Shown: positions 1 to 7,878, numbered from the stretch's first letter. The stretch is DNA of 16,195 bases from Nitrososphaeraceae archaeon (GCA_035297365.1 DATGZA010000093.1:1-16195); one strand, 5' to 3'. The notes: generated by a model from the letters alone, not told the origin. Translations and numbers: made by a program.

Positions 1-1
1 A

Positions 2-151
2 AGTGATTCAGCATCGGGCAAAATCTTTGATACGAGCATCATAAACGGTGGTGAATACAAAGTGCTAGAGACCGCAGATATCGATCCTGCTAAATATGAC
101 TTTTATTGTTCGGTACATCCCTACATGGTAGGAACTTTAACTGTACAATAG
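2..151 (+). CDS. C-terminal fragment of a cupredoxin/plastocyanin-like blue (type 1) copper protein; 5' truncated by the window edge
   Basis: Manual translation of frame 2 (not in the ORF track): SDSASGKIFDTSIINGGEYKVLETADIDPAKYDFYCSVHPYMVGTLTVQ*, with TAG at 149-151. YxFYCxxHPxMxGxLxV is the type 1 copper Cys/His/Met loop. Lying just upstream of ctaA fits the end of the AOA heme-copper oxidase cluster. Confidence 0.9.
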   Translation, partial: SDSASGKIFDTSIINGGEYKVLETADIDPAKYDFYCSVHPYMVGTLTVQ

Positions 152-208
152 AAGAAAGCAAACAATCATTTGGAGAAAAGAAATAATCAGCAGCATTTGA
201 CAGAAACA

Positions 209-673
209 ATGCTTCTAAAAATTCTATCTTTTTCTACTCTTTCTATTCTTTTTACACTCATTTTTATAGGTGGCTATGTTAGCGCGTCGGGTGTGGGTCT
301 ATCATGTCCTGACTGGCCTTTATGTCCAGCTGGATTGGCGCCACATGAAGATTTCATCATAGAATATTTTCACCGAACTATTGCAGCAATTACTGGAATT
401 ATGGTTATTATTACAATGATCTTTACTTTGAAATCTAAACAAACTCCAAAAGGAATGAAAATTGCTTCCATAATATCCGGTTCCGCAGTAGTTAGCCAGA
501 TCACATTAGGAGCCATTGTGATTATAGAACGCCTTCATGCTCATCTTGTCACTCTGCATCTTGGTATAGGCATCGTTTTGTATACAATGACTATCCTAGT
601 TACGTTGTATGCCTGGAAAATAAAGGGAAAAGAGAAACCATCTGTCTCTGAGATAGAGAAACATACAATATAA
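209..673 (+). CDS. ctaA: Short (4-TM, single-module) heme A synthase, COX15/CtaA family, copy 1
   Basis: Motifs GGYVSASGVGLSCPDWPLC, EYFHR, QITLGA and TLHL, with four hydrophobic helices. ATG 209 is preferred over TTG 170 in the same frame. Confidence 0.88.
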   Translation: MLLKILSFSTLSILFTLIFIGGYVSASGVGLSCPDWPLCPAGLAPHEDFIIEYFHRTIAAITGIMVIITMIFTLKSKQTPKGMKIASIISGSAVVSQITLGAIVIIERLHAHLVTLHLGIGIVLYTMTILVTLYAWKIKGKEKPSVSEIEKHTI

Positions 674-710
674 TAATAAATGCAAATAATATAATTAATT
701 CAACCCATCA

Positions 711-742
711 ACGAGATAATATTAACGACGAGATAATATTAA
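711..742. repeat. Perfect 15-bp direct repeat ACGAGATAATATTAA x2 (17-bp period)
   Basis: Copies at 711-725 and 728-742, separated by CG, between convergent genes. Confidence 0.9.
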
Positions 743-743
743 A

Positions 744-780
744 TTTGATTATTTTTTTTTATTTTTCTTTTTCTTTTCCC
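744..780 (+). terminator. Oligo-T tract, probable archaeal terminator for the cupredoxin-ctaA transcript
   Basis: T-rich run (ttattttttttttatttttctttttcttttccc) downstream of ctaA. Archaeal intrinsic termination uses oligo-T tracts. Confidence 0.5.
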
Positions 781-1338
781 TTAGCTCTGATTTTCAGCAA
801 TTCTTCTCTTCCTGTCTCTTCTATTTTTAAAATAGATTACTGATATTATTGTGAAGGGGGTTACACTTGCAAAGCTTATCAAAGAGTAGAAAATATAACC
901 AAAAGGATTAAGCGTACTTATATTGAACGTATATGTTAGAGTCTTGCCAGAATAATACAGATCCTGTAAATCTATGTAGAAAACATAATTGCCAGGTTCT
1001 AGAAATTTGTAATTAAACTCATAATGACCATTTGTTACCACTATCGGAGGCAATTTATAAATCTCTTCACCGTTTTTAGTTACGGTAATAGAAATAGGAA
1101 CATCTGATAATTCAACTTCATCACTTGATATTCTTAGTAGTATTTTTGAATATTGACCGGTAGTTGGAATTTCTGGATCGGTTGCTATTTGCACATAATA
1201 TTTTCCAATTCTTTGTCCTGCTGAATTAAACAAACCGTGAGAATAAGCATCTTTAATTAATAATCCGGAAGAAAATAGTACAAGACAACTAAAAACACCA
1301 AACATTATAAAAAAAGTAAACATTCTAGACACTCTCAT
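781..1338 (-). CDS. Exported membrane-anchored protein: signal peptide, beta-sandwich (YtkA/FixH-like) domain, C-terminal TM helix with basic tail
   Basis: Hydrophobic N-terminus ending in DAYS|HGLF; beta-rich body with NGHYEFNYKFLEPGNYVFYIDL; C-terminal hydrophobic segment followed by KNRRDRKRR. Start at ATG 1338 (or 1323) avoids overlap with the SDR gene that the 1482 start would cause. Confidence 0.7.
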   Translation of the reverse strand: MRVSRMFTFFIMFGVFSCLVLFSSGLLIKDAYSHGLFNSAGQRIGKYYVQIATDPEIPTTGQYSKILLRISSDEVELSDVPISITVTKNGEEIYKLPPIVVTNGHYEFNYKFLEPGNYVFYIDLQDLYYSGKTLTYTFNISTLNPFGYIFYSLISFASVTPFTIISVIYFKNRRDRKRRIAENQS

Positions 1339-1399
1339 CTTTGATATTACCTTGGAATTTATAGTTAATATTCCACTCTTAAAGTTACCTATAATATCA

Positions 1400-1413
1400 A
1401 AAAGATTAAAAGT
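1400..1413 (+). promoter_or_regulatory. Putative BRE/TATA element for the SDR gene
   Basis: AAAAGATTAAAAG lies about 25-30 bp upstream of ATG 1437, the spacing expected for a leaderless archaeal transcript. Confidence 0.4.
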
Positions 1414-1436
1414 GTAATACTGTCTGCCAAAATTAT

Positions 1437-3293
1437 ATGGAAGAGTTATCCATAAAAGAATCGTCAAAATTAAAATTTTCAAATAAATTAGTTGTAATCA
1501 CTGGGAGCGGAACAGGTATTGGTCAAGCAATAGCCAAGAAATTTGCAGAAAACGGTGCTAGTATTGTAATAATGGGTAGACGAAGGGAACCATTGGATAA
1601 CACTAGTGAAATGTTAAACAAGATAATAAAAGATAATGGTTCTACTGGAAAAGTACGAGCCTTTTCTGGAGTAGACGTTTCTGAAGAAAATGGAATAAAC
1701 GATATGTTTGAAACTATCAAACAAGAGTTTGGTAAGGTTGATATTATAGTCAATAATGCTGGCGTTTCAGGCCCAGTAAAAACTTTTACTAATGCCTCGT
1801 TTCAGGATTTTAAGGATTGTGTTGCAATTCATTTAACCGGAACTTTTTGGACTTCTGTTCAAGGTCTAAAAGTAATGGAAAAAGGCTCCAAAATAATCAC
1901 AATAGCAACTTTCTTTACAGAAGAGAACAAATATGAACAAAGACCATATAGATTCAGGACCCCATACACAGCTTCACAGGGAGCAAAAAATAGGTTAGCA
2001 GAAACTCTCGCTTGGGAATTAGTAGATAGAGGAATAAAATCCGTAGCTACAAACCCAGGACCTGTGCATTCAGATCGAATTTACAAAACGGTCTATCCAA
2101 AAGCTGCCGCAGAGTTTCTACGTATAGGCGGTTATCCGGGACTGACTTCAACAGAGATAGAGCATTCTGCAACCAGAGGTCTAGAACTTTTAGGTGAATC
2201 CTCTGATGTTTTTTCTGATGGTATAAAAAATATATCTCAAGAAATCTCATCTATGCGTGTTAACGATTTATCTAATACTTCAACAGACAAGTCCAAATCC
2301 AATGTCAATACTAAAGATGTTGATGAATTAAACAAGACGGTTAATGGTATGATAGTCAAGATCCAGGAGATTGCTGAAAAAATACAAACCAATACTAGTA
2401 AAATGATTGTAGATAATGAATTCCTCAGTCAAGAAGACGTAGCAGATATGGTTCTAACTCTGTCTGATGACAAGATCAGTAAATTGATTAACGGAAGGGT
2501 TATTCCAAATGACAGGGTATTTTATCCGGTCAAACCAATTATTGGAACTTCAGTAGATAAAGGTTCTACTGAATCTTTAAAGGATAAGGTTGTAGTAATT
2601 ACAACGACCTCTTCATTAAAACGTGACGTAGAGCGAGTAACAAATCTTGCGAATGAATTGAACAATAATGGGGTAAAACAGGTCATAATATTGACAAACA
2701 ATCCAGCAGATTTAGAACATTACAAAACTTATCACAGTCATTCAATAGATCTTTCTGATGAAGAAAAGGTAAAAAGGATATTTAATACCGCAAAGACAAA
2801 ATACGACAATATTGATGCAGTTATTCATATAACTGGAGATTATGATTATAATAGAAATTTCACATCATTATCAAGAAATGAATGGGAAGATCTAGTCAAT
2901 ACTTTTATCCATATTCCTGGTCTTGTCACTAGAGAAGCAGTTAGATCTATGGCACCTGAAGGAGCAATCTTTGAACCTTCTAAATTCAAAGAGTCCGAGG
3001 GAACAATCGTGATACTAGGACCAGATTCTCCGACTGGAAAAAAAATATCTGGACTTGTTAGATCAAGATCAGAAGTTTTTAGAGGTGCGCTTAGACCCTA
3101 TACTGCAACAGTTAATCAAGAACTATCTGATGTTCTCGGTTCAAAAATAAAGTTACATCTTGTATTAGCTGGAAATATTGAGGGGTTAGAACCTGTACTT
3201 TCTAACATAACAAGTTCGGTGCTAAACCTAATTACAGGCTCTGTATTACACCGCAACGAATCAATTTTTTACATCGATGAGGCAAAGATCTAA
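1437..3293 (+). CDS. Tandem-domain short-chain dehydrogenase/reductase resembling the C-terminal half of Chloroflexus-type malonyl-CoA reductase
   Basis: TGSGTGIG, MGRRR (NADP(H)-type), DVS, VNNAG, PYRFRTPYTASQ and PGPVHSDR. A helical insertion is followed by a second degenerate Rossmann domain starting LKDKVVVITT that lacks the glycine motif. SDR call is confident; the function is inferred. Confidence 0.85.
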   Translation: MEELSIKESSKLKFSNKLVVITGSGTGIGQAIAKKFAENGASIVIMGRRREPLDNTSEMLNKIIKDNGSTGKVRAFSGVDVSEENGINDMFETIKQEFGKVDIIVNNAGVSGPVKTFTNASFQDFKDCVAIHLTGTFWTSVQGLKVMEKGSKIITIATFFTEENKYEQRPYRFRTPYTASQGAKNRLAETLAWELVDRGIKSVATNPGPVHSDRIYKTVYPKAAAEFLRIGGYPGLTSTEIEHSATRGLELLGESSDVFSDGIKNISQEISSMRVNDLSNTSTDKSKSNVNTKDVDELNKTVNGMIVKIQEIAEKIQTNTSKMIVDNEFLSQEDVADMVLTLSDDKISKLINGRVIPNDRVFYPVKPIIGTSVDKGSTESLKDKVVVITTTSSLKRDVERVTNLANELNNNGVKQVIILTNNPADLEHYKTYHSHSIDLSDEEKVKRIFNTAKTKYDNIDAVIHITGDYDYNRNFTSLSRNEWEDLVNTFIHIPGLVTREAVRSMAPEGAIFEPSKFKESEGTIVILGPDSPTGKKISGLVRSRSEVFRGALRPYTATVNQELSDVLGSKIKLHLVLAGNIEGLEPVLSNITSSVLNLITGSVLHRNESIFYIDEAKI

Positions 3294-3334
3294 TTCGATT
3301 CATATTTAATTACATGTCAAGTAAATAGGATACA

Positions 3335-3428
3335 AAAAATAAAATAAAATAAAAGAAAATAAAATTTATTTTCTTGCTTATTTGATTGTTTATTTAGCGT
3401 ACAAGAGAGAAAAAGAGAAAAAGAGAAC
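3335..3428. terminator. AT-rich inverted repeat plus purine repeats between convergent genes; probable termination region
   Basis: AAGAAAATAAA (3353-3363) / TTTATTTTCTT (3365-3375) inverted repeat, AAAAT repeats upstream, and AAAAGAGA-type repeats at about 3403-3427 that read as T-tracts on the minus strand. Confidence 0.5.
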
Positions 3429-3462
3429 TAAGATAGATGCAATATAGCCTGAATTGGATTTT

Positions 3463-4179
3463 CTAAATTTTGAGCTCTGGAATAGGCAAGAATTCCTTTC
3501 TTATTTTATCTTCAGCTTCGTATGATGCGTCATGTAATATAGTTGATGCTCTGTCATTTGCTATTTTAAAATTAATTAAATGTCCACCTACCTGTCCTGC
3601 ATTTATCAATACGTCAATCAAAAGATCTGAGATGGTTCTAAGATCAAGCTCTGAAGCTCTGATTTGAGAAAATAACATCGACCTTAGACTTTTTATTACC
3701 GTAATGGAAGGCGTTAATGTTTCAACCAAATCCTTGAAATTTGATACACTATGAATCTGGACCTGCAGTGTATCCAGAACTATTTTCGAGATCACTATAG
3801 CCTTACCTGTCTTTCTTATTTTGTTCACTTCTGAAGAAATTAGAGAAGAATATTGAATGTTATTTTCCTTTATAGAGACAATCAATTTTCTTATTACTTC
3901 TTCGTCTTGAATTTTTAACTCATCAAATATTTTTAGAAGCTTTAATATTTCCTCATGTATTCGATACTGAATTTGATTTATCTTTGGTCTTAAAGGCGTA
4001 TTATATTTTATTAAATGAAGTTCAATGAAATTGGATCTATGATTGTTGACTAGAGTTGAAACATGCTTTCTTTCATGAATGCTATTTGAATTATTTTCCT
4101 TGACAGAATCTTGACAGGTTTCATATTTTGGATTTAAAGAACCATTTTTTGTTGAATTCAACTCGAGATCATTCTGCAT
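3463..4179 (-). CDS. Divergent ESCRT-III/Snf7-like CdvB-family paralog
   Basis: Follows the recalled thaumarchaeal CdvB pattern collinearly: PLRPKI..., D-xx-I-xx-LI, SSEVNKIRK, KIVLDTLQVQI, DLVETLTPSITVIKSLRS, and C-terminal ASTILHDASYEAEDKIRKEFLPIP. Start codon uncertain. Confidence 0.75.
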   Translation of the reverse strand: MQNDLELNSTKNGSLNPKYETCQDSVKENNSNSIHERKHVSTLVNNHRSNFIELHLIKYNTPLRPKINQIQYRIHEEILKLLKIFDELKIQDEEVIRKLIVSIKENNIQYSSLISSEVNKIRKTGKAIVISKIVLDTLQVQIHSVSNFKDLVETLTPSITVIKSLRSMLFSQIRASELDLRTISDLLIDVLINAGQVGGHLINFKIANDRASTILHDASYEAEDKIRKEFLPIPELKI

Positions 4180-4240
4180 CTATCGTAAACCTTCATCCTA
4201 TTACAAAACAATAATTAATACTACTATGTTCAAAATCTGA

Positions 4241-4273
4241 GGTTAACCACGGTAACATCAGTTAGTGGTTACA
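4241..4273. promoter_or_regulatory. Imperfect palindrome in the divergent cdvB-like/trmB intergenic region; candidate operator
   Basis: TAACCAC (4244-4250) pairs with GTGGTTA (4265-4271) and inner TAAC pairs with GTTA; GC-richer than the flanks. Confidence 0.45.
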
Positions 4274-4351
4274 ACATTCGAATTAGCTCAGTATTTTTTT
4301 TAGCTTTGACATAATCTAATTGACAAAGGGATTTTATTTTGAATATCAATC

Positions 4352-5770
4352 ATGGAGATAATCATAATGAATCAGAGATCAAATCATGAAGAAGATTTCT
4401 ATATATATCCTCCTCATGATATCATTACAGGGAAAAGAACTAACAGCGGTAGAAAATACAAGCCAAAAAAATATATGAATGAGACAGCAGATTTCAGGAA
4501 TTCAATAACTTATAACAAAGATAATAACGATGTTGGAAATCTAGAAGAATTCGGTCTCTCTTATTATGAGGCTAAAGCCTATGTTACACTGATTGGTAAG
4601 GGATCTCTTTCCGCCAGTGAAATTGCATACTATTCTCGTTTACCTAGAACGAAAATTTATCTAACGTTAAAGAAATTAGAGAAAAAAGGACTATCGGTCA
4701 TTTCTCAACAAAAACCCTTGATATGTAGTGCAATTAACCCCAAAGAAGCTTTTGAGGAAATTCTTACTCTCCACGAGCAACGTTTAAAAAATATGAGAAA
4801 AGTTATAGATAAATTACAACAATTGAATGAAAAAAGTAATTATATTAAGGGTTTAGAGGAGAAAAGATATTTCATTCTGGACCCAAAATCTACATTTGAA
4901 AGATTAACAGCTTTGATAGAAAACTCCAGAACATCCATAACAGCTATTCTTGACATTTGGGGTTTAAGATTGATATCTAAATGTAGGCAATCGTTAATCA
5001 GGGCAATTAATAAAGGAATCAAAATTCAGTTATTAATCTCTAATCAATGTCTTGGACACGATAATCTTATTTCACTGCCAAATGAAATAATGGTAAAAGT
5101 AGGAAATATTTTTTCGAACATCGTGATAATTGACTCTAATAATATTATTAATATAGATGGGGGAAATGGAAAAGCAGCTCTATTTACGTCAATAGACGTT
5201 CTAGGATTTTCATATATGAAAACATTCGAAGAAGAATGGAACAAAGCTGTTGAAGTACATGGTCTTTCTGACATTGACCCTGTGGTTCAATTAAAAGCTA
5301 TCCGGTTAACTAAATTTATTGAAGAGATGATGTACGATTCTCACTCACAAAATTTGTCCATAGATAATTCTAAACAGGATCTCGACTTTCAAGAAAATAC
5401 AAAAGGTAATGAATTGCAGAAATTTTTTGAATATGGAAATAAAGGATCACAAGTTGGTTCATCTTCTTTATTTATACTGGAGATGATGGGAAAAATGGGA
5501 ATAGATCTCGATCTCAATCAGGATGACTTTTTTAAAATATTGGATTTAGCATTAAATGTATATAATTCCGGAAGTGTAAAATTTGATAAAAATAACGGTA
5601 TTATTACAATATATTCAAAATATAAAAACAAGTCCCTTGTAGTGTGGTCTTTTTTAATATGTTCTTATTTTGAAAACTTGGATTACAAGGTGGAGACTGT
5701 TCCTAAGATTTCTGATGTAGTTGATTTTGATAAAATAGATTCATTTCGAATTAAAATTACAAGATCTTAA
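4352..5770 (+). CDS. TrmB-family transcriptional regulator (winged HTH, coiled coil, PLD-like effector domain, extra C-terminal domain)
   Basis: LEEFGLSYYEAKAYVTLIGKGSLSASEIAYYSRLPRTKIYLTLKKLEKKGL is a canonical TrmB HTH; RAINKGIKIQLL and IVIIDS mark the effector domain. True start may be ATG 4475. Confidence 0.9.
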   Translation: MEIIIMNQRSNHEEDFYIYPPHDIITGKRTNSGRKYKPKKYMNETADFRNSITYNKDNNDVGNLEEFGLSYYEAKAYVTLIGKGSLSASEIAYYSRLPRTKIYLTLKKLEKKGLSVISQQKPLICSAINPKEAFEEILTLHEQRLKNMRKVIDKLQQLNEKSNYIKGLEEKRYFILDPKSTFERLTALIENSRTSITAILDIWGLRLISKCRQSLIRAINKGIKIQLLISNQCLGHDNLISLPNEIMVKVGNIFSNIVIIDSNNIINIDGGNGKAALFTSIDVLGFSYMKTFEEEWNKAVEVHGLSDIDPVVQLKAIRLTKFIEEMMYDSHSQNLSIDNSKQDLDFQENTKGNELQKFFEYGNKGSQVGSSSLFILEMMGKMGIDLDLNQDDFFKILDLALNVYNSGSVKFDKNNGIITIYSKYKNKSLVVWSFLICSYFENLDYKVETVPKISDVVDFDKIDSFRIKITRS

Positions 5771-5799
5771 TTGATAATTAGGAGAGATGTATTTTAAAA

Positions 5800-6678
5800 T
5801 CAATTTTCTGACATTGAATCAAATTTTTTCATGACCTGTGGTAAAATATCTAGTAAATCAGTAGCCATCATGTGGAATCCAACTTTATCATACGCAATCT
5901 CTGCTGCTTTTCCATTAAAATATATCCCACAACATCCAGCATTGAATGAATTCATTTTAGTAAACAATCCGCCGACCAATCCTGCCAAAATATCCCCAGT
6001 TCCTCCTACTGTCATAGCTGATGTAGTCCTCTGAACAACAGCAGTTTGGTCTCCATCAGAAATTATATTGTTCTGTCCCTTTAGAATTATAGTAATTCCG
6101 TATTCTCTAGAAAAACTTTCAACATCCTTAATCTGATCTTCCAATTTATCTTTTAATTCTGTCTCAAAAATTCGAATGTATTCTCCTCCATGTGGTGTAA
6201 TAATACTTTTGGTATTTGCAATTATGGGTAATATTTCTGGAATTAATGCAGATGCATCTAATACCAATTTTGTTCCATTTCCAAGTAATTTTTTTACCAG
6301 CATCGTTATCGCCTCTTTCTTGGCAATATTCAATCCCATTCCAATTGCCGCAGAATCAACCTTTTTTGGCATAGTTTTGATTAGTCTTGATACTGTACCT
6401 ACAGTCAATCTTTCATCCGATAAAGGTATAACTATTAAATTTGGTGACGCCGCTCTTGTTACACTTACGTTACTTTTAGGAACCGCCGTATATACCAGAT
6501 CAATTCCTGCTCTCAAAGCGGCTATTGATGCCAGTATGGGTGCGCCATGATAAATTCTACTTCCGCCTATTACCAATACAATCCCATTATCTCCTTTCCT
6601 AGATGAGATATTTCTCGCAATGGAATTTTTGTTTATCATCTCCTCTGTTATTGTTACTCGTGAAGGGAATTCCAACAT
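5800..6678 (-). CDS. nnrD: ADP/ATP-dependent NAD(P)HX dehydratase (YjeF C-terminal domain, stand-alone)
   Basis: SRKGDNGIVLVIGGSRIYHGAP, AIGMGL, VLDASAL, IITPHGGE, ILKG and GGTGDILAG. ATG 6678 is preferred over 6744. Confidence 0.93.
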   Translation of the reverse strand: MLEFPSRVTITEEMINKNSIARNISSRKGDNGIVLVIGGSRIYHGAPILASIAALRAGIDLVYTAVPKSNVSVTRAASPNLIVIPLSDERLTVGTVSRLIKTMPKKVDSAAIGMGLNIAKKEAITMLVKKLLGNGTKLVLDASALIPEILPIIANTKSIITPHGGEYIRIFETELKDKLEDQIKDVESFSREYGITIILKGQNNIISDGDQTAVVQRTTSAMTVGGTGDILAGLVGGLFTKMNSFNAGCCGIYFNGKAAEIAYDKVGFHMMATDLLDILPQVMKKFDSMSEN

Positions 6679-6805
6679 TAAATAGAAAAAACTTTGATTC
6701 AATAAACTTTCCTCTATCTTAAAACCCGATCTCTTGGTGTTCAAACGAGATTAAACAACTCGGAACATTTAAAGAAAGAGAGTATATCATATCATTTTGT
6801 TAGAA

Positions 6806-7741
6806 ATGATTTCCTACTCAAAACCCATCGATGTAGTTTATTCCAAAAAAAAATTGCCATCTTTACAATCTCCTTCTCTCATTTGTGGTTTACCGGGTAC
6901 GGGGTTTGTAGGCAAGGTAGCCATAGATTATTTAATTAAAGAACTTGGTGCTGTACATTTAGCTGATATCTATTCTACTTTCTTCTCTCCCCAAATAATA
7001 ATAAAACAAGACGGGACCACCGAGATAGTTAAGAATAGTGTTTATTATGTAAAAAGAGAGAATAAAAAAAGTAAAAACACCACAATCAAGACACAACCAT
7101 TGCAAGATGATGGTCAAGACATTTCAAGTAGTGATATATCGAAGTCTGTCAATATTCTGGATCCTGCGTCATCAGACTTGCTTCTTCTTACTGGAGATTC
7201 TCAACCAATAGTTCCTGGTTCAGAATATGTTTTGACCGAACAGATATTAGATGATATGACAAAATTTGATATTTCTAATATTTATTCTCTAGCTGCATAC
7301 GTAACTGGTGCTTTTACAAACGCTCCGAAAATATATGGCACTGCAACGGCCACTAAATTAGTAGGCTTATTTAGGGATCATAATGTTTCTTCCTTAGATA
7401 ATGGCAATATAACAGGGATGAATGGGATCATAATAGGATTGGGAAAATTACGTGGAATTGATGGCCTCTGTTTGTTGGGTGAAACTTCTGGTTATGTTAT
7501 AGATGCTATCGCAGCTAAAAAAATTCTTGAAACGATAACACGTATATTGAATATTAATATAAACATGGATGAAATTACAAAAAGGGCTAAAGATACCGAA
7601 ATATTAATCAAAAATCTTGAACAACAAATGTTGGCGAAATCTAATCAAGGCGCCCAGGGTTTGGCGGGTGAAGAACGTCAAGATGACGAGAGACAATTTT
7701 TTTCACAAAATAGAAGATCCAATATGGGTTATATCAGCTGA
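6806..7741 (+). CDS. PAC2-family archaeal proteasome assembly chaperone
   Basis: LICGLPGTGFVGKVAIDYLI, LLTGDSQP, GNITGMNG, CLLGETSGYVIDAIAA and C-terminal GYIS. ATG 6806 (TTG 6797 alternative), with TTTAAAG about 35 bp upstream. Confidence 0.9.
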   Translation: MISYSKPIDVVYSKKKLPSLQSPSLICGLPGTGFVGKVAIDYLIKELGAVHLADIYSTFFSPQIIIKQDGTTEIVKNSVYYVKRENKKSKNTTIKTQPLQDDGQDISSSDISKSVNILDPASSDLLLLTGDSQPIVPGSEYVLTEQILDDMTKFDISNIYSLAAYVTGAFTNAPKIYGTATATKLVGLFRDHNVSSLDNGNITGMNGIIIGLGKLRGIDGLCLLGETSGYVIDAIAAKKILETITRILNININMDEITKRAKDTEILIKNLEQQMLAKSNQGAQGLAGEERQDDERQFFSQNRRSNMGYIS

Positions 7742-7878
7742 AAATCTTATTTTTTGCAATATCAAATCTTTTGACCAAATTTTCAAATTAATGTAATTTT
7801 AAAGATATCTTGACTGTTTTTGCTAAATCAAACATCTAGTGAGAAAGAATTTATTAATTATGATTTCTTTTAGTTTTA

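Noticed and set aside
711-742. Direct repeat as a CRISPR remnant
   Set aside because: Only two 15-bp units with a 2-bp spacer and no cas genes.
1339-1482. N-terminal extension of the 781-1482 ORF overlapping the SDR start
   Set aside because: The signal peptide begins near ATG 1338/1323; the extension spans the divergent promoter region.
1523-2250. Antisense ORFs 1523-1753 and 2047-2250
   Set aside because: Fully inside the SDR gene on the opposite strand, no motifs; shadow ORFs.
3470-6550. Short ORFs 3470-3667, 4840-5022, 5044-5274, 5831-6034, 6176-6550
   Set aside because: Antisense shadows of the cdvB-like gene, trmB and nnrD.
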